Shown here: in pieces, positions 38,111-51,066 of the stretch
Layout: the number at the start of each line of letters is the position of its first letter
Numbering within the stretch: position 1 is the stretch's first letter
NCBI GenBank assembly: GCA_976551045.1
Contig: CDPCPM010000247.1
Coordinates: forward strand, 186,001-250,000
Direction of reading: 5' to 3'
DNA length: 64,000 bases
Origin: Glaucostegus cemiculus
Taxonomy: Eukaryota
Notes under the pieces: generated by a model
Told to the model about the DNA's origin: nothing
The model's input: the letters and a program-made list of their open reading frames with translations, nothing else
Databases searched by the model: none
Made by a program: the position numbers and the translations under genes

Positions 38111-40379
38111 CCAGCACGGACCTTCAATGACATAATAATAAATAATATACAAGTTACCCTGTCAATGTAACTTGTATGTTATTTATTTTGTCAATTTTTG
38201 GGATGCAGGAGAAAACAGGAACACCACAGTCACAGAGAGAATGCTACAACTCCACAGTTAGAATGGCGGTCAGGCTGCTGAGTTGTGCAGTAGCAACACT
38301 ACTATGTCATTCTCTGCTGTGCCCCTCACAACCTGGTAGAGCGGTGGGAATGGTATAAAGAATGCCATCACCCCGAGAGAGGACAATAGCTTTGTGTTTC
38401 ATGAAGCATCTGCCACTTCACTAAGTAATCCTGGTAATCGACTGAAAAACACCATGAAAGCATTTCTGAATGTTTGTATCTAGGGCCATGATGGGAGAAG
38501 TCTGAGCTTGCATGACAGGTCTAAGTTTCCACTGCAGCTTTGATGTTGGCTGGCTTCTGCTTGCTGTAATTAAGGCTGAGACACTGTTCATGGTGGTCAG
38601 GTCCTCAAGTGTTGAAATGGAAAGGATGGGCTCCAGGCTCTGCATCCATGTTTGAACTGGACCCTAATGCTTCTGCACACTATAGCAGTCTTCCTGGCAA
38701 TGCACCACATTTTTCTCAACCCATAGGTTGAGAAAAAAGTACTGTACATCATGATCAAGGAAATGCATTAAATATCTCACCTCAGCCAGAAGGATATTTT
38801 GAAGCTCACAGAGTCAGCAGGGATCCTATCATGAAGCTGAGGGAAGTGATTAAAGGGTTGGTGAGTGACGGAGAGGTAAAGGCCATACCTGCTTAAGGTT
38901 CCTATCTAGCACAGTGGAGAGGAATTCCTGTCTTGGGAATTGGATAAACTCAGAGTTTGTCACAGTAATCATGACAAAACATTCAGCATTCACATTATTA
39001 ATGAGTGGAGCTCCCTGGAGCTGGCATGCTGTCCTGCAGGCAGCAGATTTGAGAGCATTTCATGAGAGGGAAGTGGGCAGTGGTGGTCTCTGAGGCGGGG
39101 AAGCTATGATTTTCTTTTTAGGATCCCAAGGGACAATCCTTTTCTTCTGCTCTGAAACTTTTAAACACTATCAGAAGGCACCTTCCGTCTTCAATCTAGA
39201 CCTGTTCCTGCTCAGTGAGGTATCTCAGTAGGCTCCTTGCTCTGCCTATAATTAAAATTATTCCCCTTGGCATAAAGAAGCACTGCCCAAAAGGTAGCAT
39301 GAATATACTTCTTTAAAAAAGTAACCATGAGCTGATACCAGGGTAATTAATTGTTTAAAAGGCAAACTGTGACTGGAAGCATGTTAGAATTTTCAGCACT
39401 TTGAGCATCTTGGTCAGATGTATACAGACTGAGAAGCTAGTAAGCCATGCTAGTTAGAAAATCATGGATACTGGGAACTGGCAAAATGATTTTGATGTTA
39501 GAGAATGCCAATGTGACTAAATTTTATTTATGTACAATAAAGGTATTGACAACTATTTTACCCGCCAGTTGTAGTATCACAATTCTAGCACGAGGTGGCA
39601 AAAATACACTTTCTAAAGGGGATAATGATCATAGTTCCAGCATTGTGCCACAATATCTTGGCCATCGTGAAAGCAAGTAATTATACCATGGTTATTACTA
39701 CAACAGAATGCTTATTTTTCTTTCAGCAGGAACTTCCATGTAAGTCAAGCTCAACAAGTTTATGCACCAACAAGCAGAGATCCGTGAGTTCAAATTTGCA
39801 CAAATAGACAAATCACAGATTATTAAGGTCATAATAAAAGCAAGGAACCACCAGTGGTTATTTGTAGACGGATGCTAAATGATCTTTTGTTCATCTGTGA
39901 AGAACTGATCTCCTGTGCCTCTGCACCATTTTTACAGTATGGTGAACTGCAAGGAGCCTTGAACTGAGCATAAGTGCAACAATGGAATAGTTGGACCAAA
40001 TGCCCTGTGTAATATTCTATGTAAATTAATGTAATTAATTAAACGTTTAAATCCTTCCCTTTGCTGTTTCACATCCCTATTTTATAATTTTGTTGGTCTT
40101 TGTATTTTCTCCACTTTTAATTTAAACCCCTTGTGATAGATTTATCTGATCTATTCCTGTCTTTTCCTCAACCACATTTCTGTGATTGCAATATCATAAT
40201 TCTAAGCACTGATCCATGCCATAAGCTCTTCTGACTTACCTGTGATTCTCCTTGTATGGAAGTACAGTGAATGCAGTTGAGCCTGCCAGCCCTGCCTATC
40301 CTGCATCTGTCTGCTCTGCCTAATGGACTTACTTGATTTATCCTCTACCATTTTCTCCCCATCTGCTGCAGTATTGCTA

Positions 40380-41180
40380 TGTTTCCTAACTCTCTAAATT
40401 AGTTTAAACACTCCTGAGTTGGGCAAGCAAACCTCCCTGCAAGGATATTGGTTCTCCCTCCAGCTTAGGTACGACCTCTCTCTTTTGTACAGGTTTCACC
40501 TACCCCAGAAGTGATCCCAATGATCCTAGTAACTAAAGCCATCCAGCTGTCCTACACTCCAATTTCTACCCTCACTAGTACTTGGCACTGGGACTAATCT
40601 TGAGATTACATCCTGACAGTCCTGATTTTTAACTTTCTGCCTAACTTCCTAAACTTACCTTGCAGGACCTCATCCCTCTTTCTACCTACGTCATTGGTAC
40701 CAACATATACTCCAACCTCTGGCAGTTTTCTCTCCACCTTCAGATTGTTCAGTACCTGATCAGAGACATTCCTGGTCCTGGCACCAGAGAGGGCAACACA
40801 CCATTCTGGAGCCTCGTTCCATGCCACAGAAGGGGCAGTCTGTTCCCCTCACTAATGGATCCCCCACCATAACTGCTCATCTAGACTTTTCCCTCTCCTG
40901 CTCTGATCAGAGCAAATCATGGTGCCACATACTGTTGTAGCTGCTTTACTCTGAGAGGCCATTTTCCCCCACCAACAGTATCCAAAATGATACACCTGTT
41001 TGAGAGGGGATGACCAATGGGACTCCTGCACCATCTGCCTACAGTTACTGCCCATTCTGGTGCTCACCCATCATCTTCCTTTCTGTACCTGCAGCATGAC
41101 CAACCACAGCTCCAATTGCTCTATGTGGTTTGACAGGAGCTGCAGCTAGACACACTTCCAGCTGGTATAGTCACCAGGGA
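40380..41180 (-). mobile_element. Degraded CR1 ORF1 (SGNH/esterase-like) region
   Basis: SGARTRNVSDQVLNNLK..PEVGVYVGTNDVGRKRDEVLQGKFRKLGRKLK, matching the CR1 ORF1 HVGTND motif. Confidence 0.75.
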
Positions 41181-41369
41181 CATTGAGAATCTTCTGGTTT
41201 TATCACTTGTTCATGTTATCCCATCTAGTCCTGCTTTAATTGCCCAGCCTCAACCTTTTAGCTGGAGATACTGTCTGAGTCTTGCTGCTACGAGTAAGAC
41301 TCTGCCAGAAAATTGTGATTATCACATTCTCACTCATACATGCAACATCTACATGGCATTGGGCCTGTC

Positions 41370-41850
41370 ACTGCCACAGTAATTTGCCTCCATTAACTTG
41401 CCATTTGCAACACTGACTAAAACCTTCAGGGACCTGCAGGCCACTCTGATGGTGGGCCTAACTGCAATGTCTGAATATTTGCAGAAGTGGGGGCTGTGAC
41501 CAAACTGAGAAAATCTAGGGTCAACACACTGCACGCCAGGAAATGGTTGGCTGGAGAGAAAAATCACCACAACCCAACATCAGCACACCTTGGAATGACC
41601 CATGACATGTCACCGAGACCTTTTGCAACCAGGTTGAAGGGAGGACAAAAGCACAGATTAACAAAACCTTCAAACACACAGCCCTAGCTGGGGTGCTGAC
41701 ACTGACGTACTATGGTCCTCTGCCCTCAAACTTACCAACTTTACTGTTGAGGGTCATAGTCAGCTGCCATTCTGAACTCATTGACATGCAGCTGAGCCTG
41801 GCTGCACATTCAGTCATTAGAAGATAAAAGTAGATCCCAAACTCTATGCT
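41370..41850 (+). mobile_element. Highly degraded non-CR1 LINE RT fragment (I/Ingi/Vingi-like)
   Basis: GLTAMSEYLQKWGL*PN..HLGMTHD resembles the RT C-terminal W.L..N..K and YLGVTLD motifs. Confidence 0.4.
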
Positions 41851-42849
41851 TCCAGAGCTGTTGAATGTTGGCCCTCCTTGTAATTGTTGAGATTCTGCAA
41901 CACACATCATGGTTGTGCAAACCACAATAGCCCACACCTACCAATCCATCAGAACATCCCTGACACCTCCTTCTGGATCCTTTGTGATCCAGTTGTCCTT
42001 GCCTCTTCAATTTCAGAAGTGATGAAAATGGGGGGGGAATGGGGTGGGGTGGTTTGAGCAGAGTTATAAAATATTCATTGGGAACTTTACCTAATTTTCT
42101 GGCTCTACAGGTCATCACTTTTTTGCCTCTCATAGGTGCTTCTCTTTTCCCTTGCTCTTCATGTAATTATAAAACATCTTTGATTTTCCTTGTCAGTACT
42201 TTTTTCATACCTTCCTTTTGCTTTCCTAATTTCTCTTTCAATTTCACTCCTACATTTTCTACTCATATCTAGACATTCTCCTGCATTAAGTTCTTAGTGG
42301 CTGACATGCCTTTTTTTGCCTTTTCTTATTGTCTATGCACCTTGACATCCATGGTGCTCCAGATTTGCCATTCCCATTCAGTTTCCTCATGGAAACATGT
42401 TTTTCCCTTGAATTTCTTCTTTAAATTCTTCCCATTGCTTCAAAGAGTCATTTTCAGTTCACTTTTGCTATATTTCTTTTCAGTCTAGTAAAAGACTGGC
42501 CTTATCCCAATTACTTTCATGTGTCTATCAGTAAGATCAACTAACCTGTCTTATTCACTGCACTCCCTACATTTAGTTATATACATTTAAGCAAACGTAG
42601 GCTGTTCTATTTTCCAAATACATATTTGTTTTCTCTATTTTTCAAACTTTCTCATTCATTTCCAGTTCTGCTTTTCTCCTCTGAACTTTTGCAGAGCTTT
42701 CATCCTGCTGCCCAGAAAGTATAAAACCATCCTAAATCAATAACATAGATGCCAGTAATGATGAGCTGTAATGCATCACCCATCTGATCTGTACATATCC
42801 ATCTTTCCTAGGGTAGGTCCCAATGTCTCAGGAATCCAAAGCCCTCCCT

Positions 42850-43142
42850 CTGGTAGTGTAGCAGTTAGTGTAACACCTTACAGCACCAGTGACCTGGGTT
42901 CAATTCCCGCCACTGTCTGTAAGGAGTTTGTATGTTCTCCCCGTGTCTGTGTGGGTTTCCTCCAGGTACTCTGGTTTCCTCCCACATTCCAAAGACGTAC
43001 AGGTTAGGAAGTTGTGGGCATGCTATGTTGGCACTGGAAGTGTGGCGACACTTGCAGACTGCCCCCAGAACACTCTATGCAAAAGATGCAATTCACTGTG
43101 TGTTTCAATGTACATGTAACTAATAAAGATATCTGATCTGAT
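42850..43142 (+). mobile_element. tRNA-derived V-SINE (HE1-like)
   Basis: A-box-like tggtagtgtagcagttag, B-box-like gggttcaattcccg, V-domain, and 3' tail ending aataaagatatctgatctgatc. Confidence 0.88.
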
Positions 43143-44148
43143 CCACTCTTTCTGAAGCTACACATTTATCTGCACCATACCCCTATTTCTGTACTCACTA
43201 GTGGTGGCAATGGAACTAATTTGGAGATGACCATTTTAAAGATCCTGCTGTTCAATCTCTTTCCTAATTCCTTAAAATCCGCCTGTGGTTCATAATCCCT
43301 TTTTACTTATGCTCTTAGTACTGAAGTGAACTGTAATGTCTGACTGTTCACCCTCTCCCTCTGGAATGTTCCAGAGTCACTCAATGATATCTTTGACCCT
43401 TGCAATAGGGAAGGAACATATCATCTTCAAATCATAACTATACCTACAGAAACCCTGCATGCTATGATAACTACAAAATCATTTATAAATACAGCTCTCT
43501 ACACTCCCTGTACAGCTGAGTCACCCATGGTGCTGCCTTCTTGGCTCTGGCTGCACTCCCAGGGCAATCTCTCCCCCATCAGTATTCAGCACCAAAAACT
43601 GGTTAGAAAACAACATGCACTTGTGTTCCTGTATCTGGTAGCCACCCATTTCTTTTCTGGGTGCACTCTTTTGAACGATATCTTGCGGATACGATAGGTT
43701 CTTTCAAGAGACTGTTGGATAGGTACATGGAGCAAAATAAGAGGGCTATGGGTAAGCCTAGAACTTTCTAGTGTAGGGACATGTTCAGCACAGCTTTGTG
43801 GGCCAAAGGGCCTGAATTGCGCTGTAGGTGTTCTACGTTCTATGTCCTATGAACTAAAGGGTGGACATCTCCCATACATATGCTGTCCATGAAACGTTCA
43901 GCCTAGCAGATGGAGCACAGCAGCGTCAGTGTTGCTCAAACTACAAAACCCAGAGCTTATCCTCCGCTGAGATCATGGCTCACACCTGACGTACAAAAAA
44001 ATCTATTTAAACAAGTGCATTATTCAGTTTAAATAAGAACGCTTCAGTTTTTCAAGCTGCTTTACTAATACAACACATTGGACTGAATCCTACTCAATTA
44101 AAGCACTGCCAGGACTCCCCGCACCGCTCTCCCCAGGCCCACACTCAC

Positions 44149-44205
44149 CTGGAGTGGGGTGGTCGAGGCCTCAGCTGGAGAGGCCGCCCCGATAGCCGTC
44201 GCCAT
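44149..44205 (-). CDS. Putative first coding exon of an unidentified gene (MATAIGAASPAEASTTPLQ)
   Basis: cccATGGCG start inside the CpG island, 19 open codons, consensus donor CAG|gtgagt. Confidence 0.4.
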
Positions 44206-44386
44206 GGGAGGGGCTCGCCGCCTGTCAACGTCGGTGAGGGTTTGCAAGGGTTTTATGAGATAACTTTAACCTCCAGAAAACGAAGCAAAATCAGTAAAAC
44301 AAAACTTTTTTTTCCCAGGTCTCCGAGTCGGGAATCCCGACCCCGCCACCGGTTGGGCGTGGACTCCAGCCATGGAGTCGGTAACA

Positions 44387-44728
44387 CACCGGTCACCCAC
44401 GTGTCACTCACCGGTCACCCACCTGCCAATCACCGGCCACCCGCCTGTCACTCACCGGTCACCCACGTGTCATTCACCAGTCACCCACCTGCCAATCACC
44501 GGCCACCCGCCTGTCACTCACCGGTCACCCACGTGTCACTCACCGGTCACCCACCTGCCAATCACCGGTCACCCACGTGTCACTCACCGGTCACCCACCT
44601 GCCAATCACCGGTCACCCACGTGTCACTCACCGGTCACCCACCTTCCAATCACCGGTCACCCACGTGACACAAGACGGTTTCCCCCCCACCTGTCAATCA
44701 CCTGTCCCCCACCTGTCAATCACCTGTC
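44387..44728. repeat. 22-bp minisatellite (two 11-bp halves), 13 units plus degenerate tail
   Basis: Units A caccggtcacccacgtgtcact, B caccggtcacccacctgccaat, C caccggccacccgcctgtcact, in the order ABCABCABABABA. Confidence 0.95.
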
Positions 44729-45840
44729 CGGCACAATCCCGGGCGCGGTAAACGCTGGCGTTTCCCCGCCGATCCTCCGGTGGTGAGCTGGATTTGGGCT
44801 GTTGTACGAAGTACTCCGTTTCGGGAACTGTGGTAGGAAACGATGCTGGAGAGTCATGCAGCGCGACACCGGCCCTTCGGCCCACAGAGTCCGCCTCTTT
44901 ACACCAATCCTACTTTAATCGCATTGTATCTTCCCTGCATTACAAGCAGGCGTGAGAGAAGGAAGGAAAGCCTTCCAGCTGGACACAGCGGAATTCAACC
45001 AAAACCAATGTAGTAGTAAATTATTTTCTTTACGTTAGATTTTAGGAACAGCCCTAAAGCATGGTCCTATACACAACATTGAAGAATCAGTGAGGCAATT
45101 AAAAGGGAGTTGATGGTCCTTAATGGTGCTAGGAAGTATGGATAAAGAATGGACATTGATGTTAAAAGGATAGATAAACCCTGGCTAACAGATTATATTC
45201 AATCCATTAAATTATCTCTTCCTGCTCTTAAATTTGTGGCTATCAAATAATTAAAAGGAATAAAGGCTGTTATTGGACTTAAGACTAGGACATAACTGGT
45301 GATAAGGAGCAGGCAATAGATGCTGGCTCAGCCAATGATGCCCATGACCTATAAATGAATACATAAAGAATATACATGCCACATTTGAATTTGTTAAATT
45401 CTTCTCCTTGTATGCCATTGCATCCGTTAGAGTATGATGTTAGAACACACTGAGAGCTCGCTGAAAGGCCTGTGCAATGGAGCAGCAACAGCAATGTCCA
45501 TCATTTGATGGAGATGGTGAAAGGGTGGATAGTGTAGAGCAAGAGAAGACTAGAATATTCCCTGCAGCTCCTCCTAGTGAACAAGAAAACCTAAAAATGT
45601 TAACAATTTTGATTAAACTTCTCACAACCTCCTTTGGTGTGGAATCAGGTTGTTTGCAAAAGTGCAGTCTTTAGTCAGGCATGCCAAATTCTGTTAGGCC
45701 TTCTACTGCTGCTGACTGATGTTGGGAGCTGACAGGACAGTGAACATCCATGAAACATCAACTCTATGCTACTAGTGCTTAAATGGTATGGGAAGCTGAC
45801 ATTGCCAGTTTAGAAGTGTGAGATACATTTGGCACATAAG

Positions 45841-46749
45841 GGAAATGTTCCCTGTGTCACCAGCTGCAAAACAAGCCCAAAGCATGATCGATCCACCCCC
45901 ATGCTTAACAGTTGGAGAGGTGTTCTTTTTATGAAATTCGTCACCCTTTTTTATGCGAACTTTCCTGCATCCTCACCACAAAATTCAGCGCCAGAAGTTT
46001 GCAAAGGGATATCTAAACAAGCCTGATGCATTTTGGAAACAAGTCATGTGGACTGATGAAGTTAAAATAGAACTTTTTGGCTGCAATGAGCAAAGGTATG
46101 TTGCAGCCAGTGGCATGGGGAACCTTTCACTGGTAGAGGGAGGAATGAAATCAATTAAATACCAACAAATTCTGGAAGCAAACATCACACCATCTGTAAA
46201 AAAGCTGAAGATGAAAAGAGGATGGCTTCTACAACAGGATAACAATCCCAAACACACCTCAAAATCCACAATGGACTACCTCAAGAGGCACAAGCTGAAG
46301 GTTTTCCATGGCCCTCACAGTCCCTCAGCCTAAACGTCATAGAAAATCTGTGGACAGACCTCAAAAAAGCAGTGCATTCAAGATGGCCCAAGAATCTCAC
46401 AGAACTAGAAGCCTTTGGCAAGGAAGAATGGGCGAAAATCCCCCAAACAAGAATTGAAAGACTCTTAGCTGGCTACAGAAAGCATTTACAAGCTATGATA
46501 CTTGCCAAAACAGGTGTTACTAAGTACTGACCATGCAGGGTGCCCAAACTTTTGCTTCGGGCCCTTTTCCTTTTTCATTATTTTGAAACTGTAAAAGATG
46601 GAAATAAAAAAGTAATCTTGCTTAAAATATTAAAGAAATATGTCATCTTTAACTTTATGCCTTCTGGAAATCAGGCCATCTTTTACTCGCTTAGCTATTC
46701 ACAGTAGCAGAAATTTTGACCGGGGTGCCCAAACTTTTGCATGCCACTG
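45841..46749 (+). mobile_element. Tc1/mariner (IR/DR type) transposon relic, 5'-truncated and rearranged
   Basis: FWKQVMWTDEVKIELFG..LQQDNNPKHTSK..IENLW..TKY*. Direct repeats gggtgcccaaacttttgc at 46538 and 46723. Terminus ..atgccactg followed by TA at 46750. Confidence 0.92.
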
Positions 46750-49700
46750 TAAATCTAAACTTAAACTCTAGCAATCCATGTACTGGGGAAGAATGGGGGG
46801 GCGTGGCAGGTGTGTGGAAGTTGTGTCCTAGTGAAGGTACTGAGATGTGACAGAGGCCTCAGTCGCTGACTCTGCCAGATAATGCAAAATTCAGCGGAAA
46901 GATCTTCAGATAGAGAGTCTTTGGTAGATTGGGCATGCATCAGAAGTGCCCTAAATCCAAACGACAAGAGGCAATGGGATCAGGCTAAATGGTGACTTGC
47001 TACACTGTAATAAACTGTGAAGAATATTGACAAGAGAATATTAGAAGGAAATGTTTCTAGTGAATGAGAGTTGGCAACCAGAGGATATAAGTTTAAGAAA
47101 ACTGGCAAAACAACCAGAGAGAAGAGGAAGTATATTTTTTATGTATTGAGCTACATTGCCTGAAAGAGTGGTGAAATCAGGTTCATGAGTAACTTTCCCA
47201 AGGGAATTGGATAAACACTGAAAGGTAAAGTTTTCAAAGCTACCAGGAAAGATAGAACAGATAAGTTGTATGAGCTCTTCTCGTATGATCTTATAAAGTT
47301 TGCTGGGCCCAGTCACTGAAAAGTAATCCTTGGTGCTCTGTTCGGGTTTGATTAGGAAAAGCACCGGCAGCCCTGTGCTGGATCTTCAGGGATCCTGTGG
47401 ACCCCAGTTTCACTCAAGTCAGTGAGGTGTGCCTGCTGTATGTGTACCAACTTTAGGTTGGATAACAGATGAGGGTTGGAAGACAGGTTCTCCCTGTGTA
47501 ACAAGTAACCTCCTGAGCCTTGTCCAGATCTCCCCATGTTGATGGTCTGACAGGGCAGGCAGAGGAAGCAGTTTAGAAAATCATTCAGGAAATATCGTAG
47601 AGCTGGGACCTGTCATATCCACTGCCCAGCCAGATCCATGGCCATTCTCTGAGGCTTCCATGTTTGGTGAACTCCACTAACGATGGGTACAAATTCTTAG
47701 ACCCTGTTGAACACTGTAAAACTGGAACTATTCCAGCTGGGCTTCTCTCTCTATTTCTATACATTAATCATGATGAACACATGTGCTTTTATTTTACTCG
47801 GTTCTGTCCAAGTATACTGAGTGATAACATTCACTGTATATAATCAAACAACAGATATTTAGTTGTCTCTATTAAGTATATATTTTATTGAAACATAAAT
47901 ATTTCATAAAGCAAATGTCTAACAAGTTGGATAAAAGCAATAAAGGGAAAACTTTCACAACAAATAGGAGGTACACAATAGGGCAGCAGTGGTTTGATCA
48001 TTTAACAATATTTCAAATAATTTCAAATCTCTGGACCCCATGGTTACTGTGATGTGTCTGAGCAGGGAAGAACTGTGTGCCTGGGAGATATTCTTCAAAC
48101 ATCAATGCCAAGTTATTCATGCCACAGGCATTTTGTGTAACTGCAAACTTTATGATTAAAATCCCAAAGTGATTAGAAAAACTACTCACTTTGCATTGAC
48201 TACATATTTGTGCATGTGTCAAGTAATGGAGCAATGCTTGTTAGCTCTGATGCAGTGCCTTATTTAAGTAATATGTGCTGTCTCTTGGAAAGTTCCTATC
48301 AATCTTATCAATGAGCAACACAAAGTATTTTGTATCTCCTAAGACCTTTGGCTTAATTTAGGCTTACAGTCATGAGCAGTAAAAAATTGAACCATAACTA
48401 ACATTTTTGTGGTATTGGCCATATGAGTGTCTGATAGGCTACAAATGTATAGAGTTACTAAGATGGAGCGATTGATTGATAACAGTAGAACAATCTTTGA
48501 CTGGCTGGTCTTTGTCAGTAGAGACCTTCATCAGGGCAAAGGAGGAGTTGGTTTTCTCTCTGTTTTTTTTATGGAAGCCCCTGGGCTAATACTGTTAAAG
48601 CAATCTTTGCTGTTTGATGAGTAATACAGCATTTTAAAATTTTATAGATAACCTTTAAGTTTATCCTGTAGTAAGCCAGTTTTTTTTTTGGATCCTTAGA
48701 GTTTTTACAGAGAAGACAATTTCATCTTATCAGTGTAGATGGTTTAAAATTCCAGGACCCAGAGGTGAAAGAAGAGTTTTTTGTAGCTGTGTCCTGCTAT
48801 ATTGTCCATTCTCCACATTAAAACTATTCATTTGTTTGTGCTGGAGGCAGTTTTGGGAATAAGTACCTTAACATCTGTGGGGCTCCTTTCTGCTCTTCAT
48901 CCCTGGGCTTCTAATTCTTATGACAGGTGGGAAGCCAAGAAGTTGCAGATTCAGCTTTTACCTTTGTTCCACAAACCATGCAATTTAGAGATTGCTATGG
49001 CCTCCAGAAGAATAAAAATCTTTACAATGAACAGCATTTATTTCTAAAATGTATTTTTAATCAGACCAGCTTTTTAAGCAGAAATAAATGACTAAGACAC
49101 AAGTGCTGCCTAAATTAGGAAGCACAATGCAAGAACTGACAGTATTTTTACACCTCCAACCCTACTCAATTATTAAGACAGTTGCAACAAGACAAGACCA
49201 GCTACCAAGTAAGGTCAGTTCTAATTTCAGAAAAGTGACTTCAATTTTATTTACACACAACACAGCTGATTTATACCTTTGTGCCAAATTTCCACCTGGA
49301 TTGAATGAATAAATTTGCCTTCACTGATGGGACTAGGATTTTATTCCTGCCAACAGTAATTTTATATATTTAAATAAACATTACAAATGTTACCCAGCAC
49401 AAAACAGTCAAGGTACTGGAGGCACCCTCTGGAAGGGAAGAGGGCGACGGTGAGGGGTGATGCATTCCCTCCAAATGTTTGATATAGATGATGTACCTCT
49501 TCCCCAGCACTGAATGCTGGATGCCCTTTACAAATACATTACACATCTCTTTTTGGGTCTGGACTTGTTACATGTTGTAACATCTGCTCAGGTATAAACT
49601 CAACTTATGTTTTCAGCTGTTGTTGAATGCTGTAGTCTTTTGTGACTAATGTTGAGAGAAACCCTTGGTAACCAAATGGGTGTTGGCTGGATTTCACTTC

Positions 49701-50339
49701 CAGTGTTCTTCATTGATGCTGTACCCCAGCACTTCCATCTGCTGCAAAACAGAACATATCTCACACACATTTATTTTCTTTTTTTTAAATGCACATTTTC
49801 TTTAAAAATATAAAGATACTGCAAACATTACAGAAACCAAGTGATGTTTCTGTGCTATTTTTTCTTCAAGGAAGGCGAAACCAACTTTGAAAATATTTAC
49901 TAATTTCTAAAGCAGTAAATTCTCTATCATGAATACAATCATCCTATTTTACATCTTCACTTTACACAATTCCGTAAACAATGCACTCAAAAACGTTCCA
50001 TTAAAAGTGCTTTCAGGTGCAAGATTATGCTTCATAAATTAAGAAGACATTTGAAAATATTATGGAAAAAGTATAATTATACTTATTTCAGTGGCTTATT
50101 TATTTAATATGAACACATTCTACCTCAGAAGTTTTATCGATTGCTGGAATTAACTCAATTCCCCCGAGTCTCATCACAGACCCCGCTGCACAGGCAGTGT
50201 GTTCATAATCCCTGAGGCTGCAAAGTGATGAAGACAACTTAAAACGGAAGGTACTTTAGTTCTTCCTGCTTCCGTTTTTTTGAGTGCCTTAATGCATTCA
50301 ACTTAACCTTGCCTAACTCTTCCTGCAAATAAATACTGA

Positions 50340-51066
50340 GATGACCAAAGTAATTATTTTCTGTTTCTAACCTACCTTCTGTTCCCTGGTCAATGGCACT
50401 TTTTCCGTCTGGACAACTGGCTGAAACTAATCATTCCGCTGATACTTTGGTATCATACTTGTCTCTATGGTGACCTTTGGACTATATATCTATGCCATTT
50501 CTAAGACCATCTGTTTCCAACTCCATTAAATCACTGAACATTGCCTTCATTCATCTGAAACCCTCCCTTAGTGCACTTCTAGCTGGCCTTCTTTATTCTA
50601 CTCTCCAAAATGTTAGGCTATCCAAAGTTCTGCTGCTCATCTTCTGTACACCAAGTCCAAATCACCCATCACCCATCATCGACCTGATTTATTTAGGTAC
50701 CTCATTCAACATTCACTGTTAAACTGCTCACTCATGTTTTCAAATCCCTCTATCTCTCTCACCCCTCCTTATATCTGTAATCTCCTTCTCGTAACCTTCT
50801 GGGCTCTCAAATTAAATTGCTCCACAGTTTGGTGCTCTGCCTTCAGCTGCCATGGCTGTAAGTCTAAGATTTCCCTTACTTTACCTCAAAACCTCGATTT
50901 ATTCCTTTAAGTTACTCTTAAAACCAATATCTTTGACCAAGCTTTTCATCATCTTCCTTGACAGCTTCTGATGTGGCTCAGAGTCAATTTTTATTAGATA
51001 ATGTTGCTACGAAGCTCGTCAGGATGCTTTGTTTTGTTAAACATGGTATATAAATGGAAGTTGTTG
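50340..51066 (+). mobile_element. Old L2-like LINE 3' fragment
   Basis: Pyrimidine-rich degenerate sequence with gccttcagctgc..ctcttaaaacc..ctttgaccaagctttt and terminal tataaatggaagttgttg. Confidence 0.5.

Larger units (their letters stand above)
44100..44900. promoter_or_regulatory. CpG-rich promoter-like island
   Basis: Abrupt GC/CpG enrichment in CpG-poor surroundings; GC boxes ccccgcc and gggcgtgg (44341-44361); repeated CCAAT and CACGTG; gggaactgtggt (~44823) close to the ZNF143-type ACTACA.TTCCC motif. Confidence 0.7.

Noticed and set aside
32371-43142. Two same-family SINEs in inverted orientation as the ends of a composite element
   Set aside because: Abundant SINE, 10 kb apart, with no shared target duplication seen.
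44242-44751. 169-aa and 98-aa His/Pro-rich ORFs; CRISPR-like appearance
   Set aside because: Products of the 22-bp minisatellite; no unique spacers, and the context is eukaryotic.
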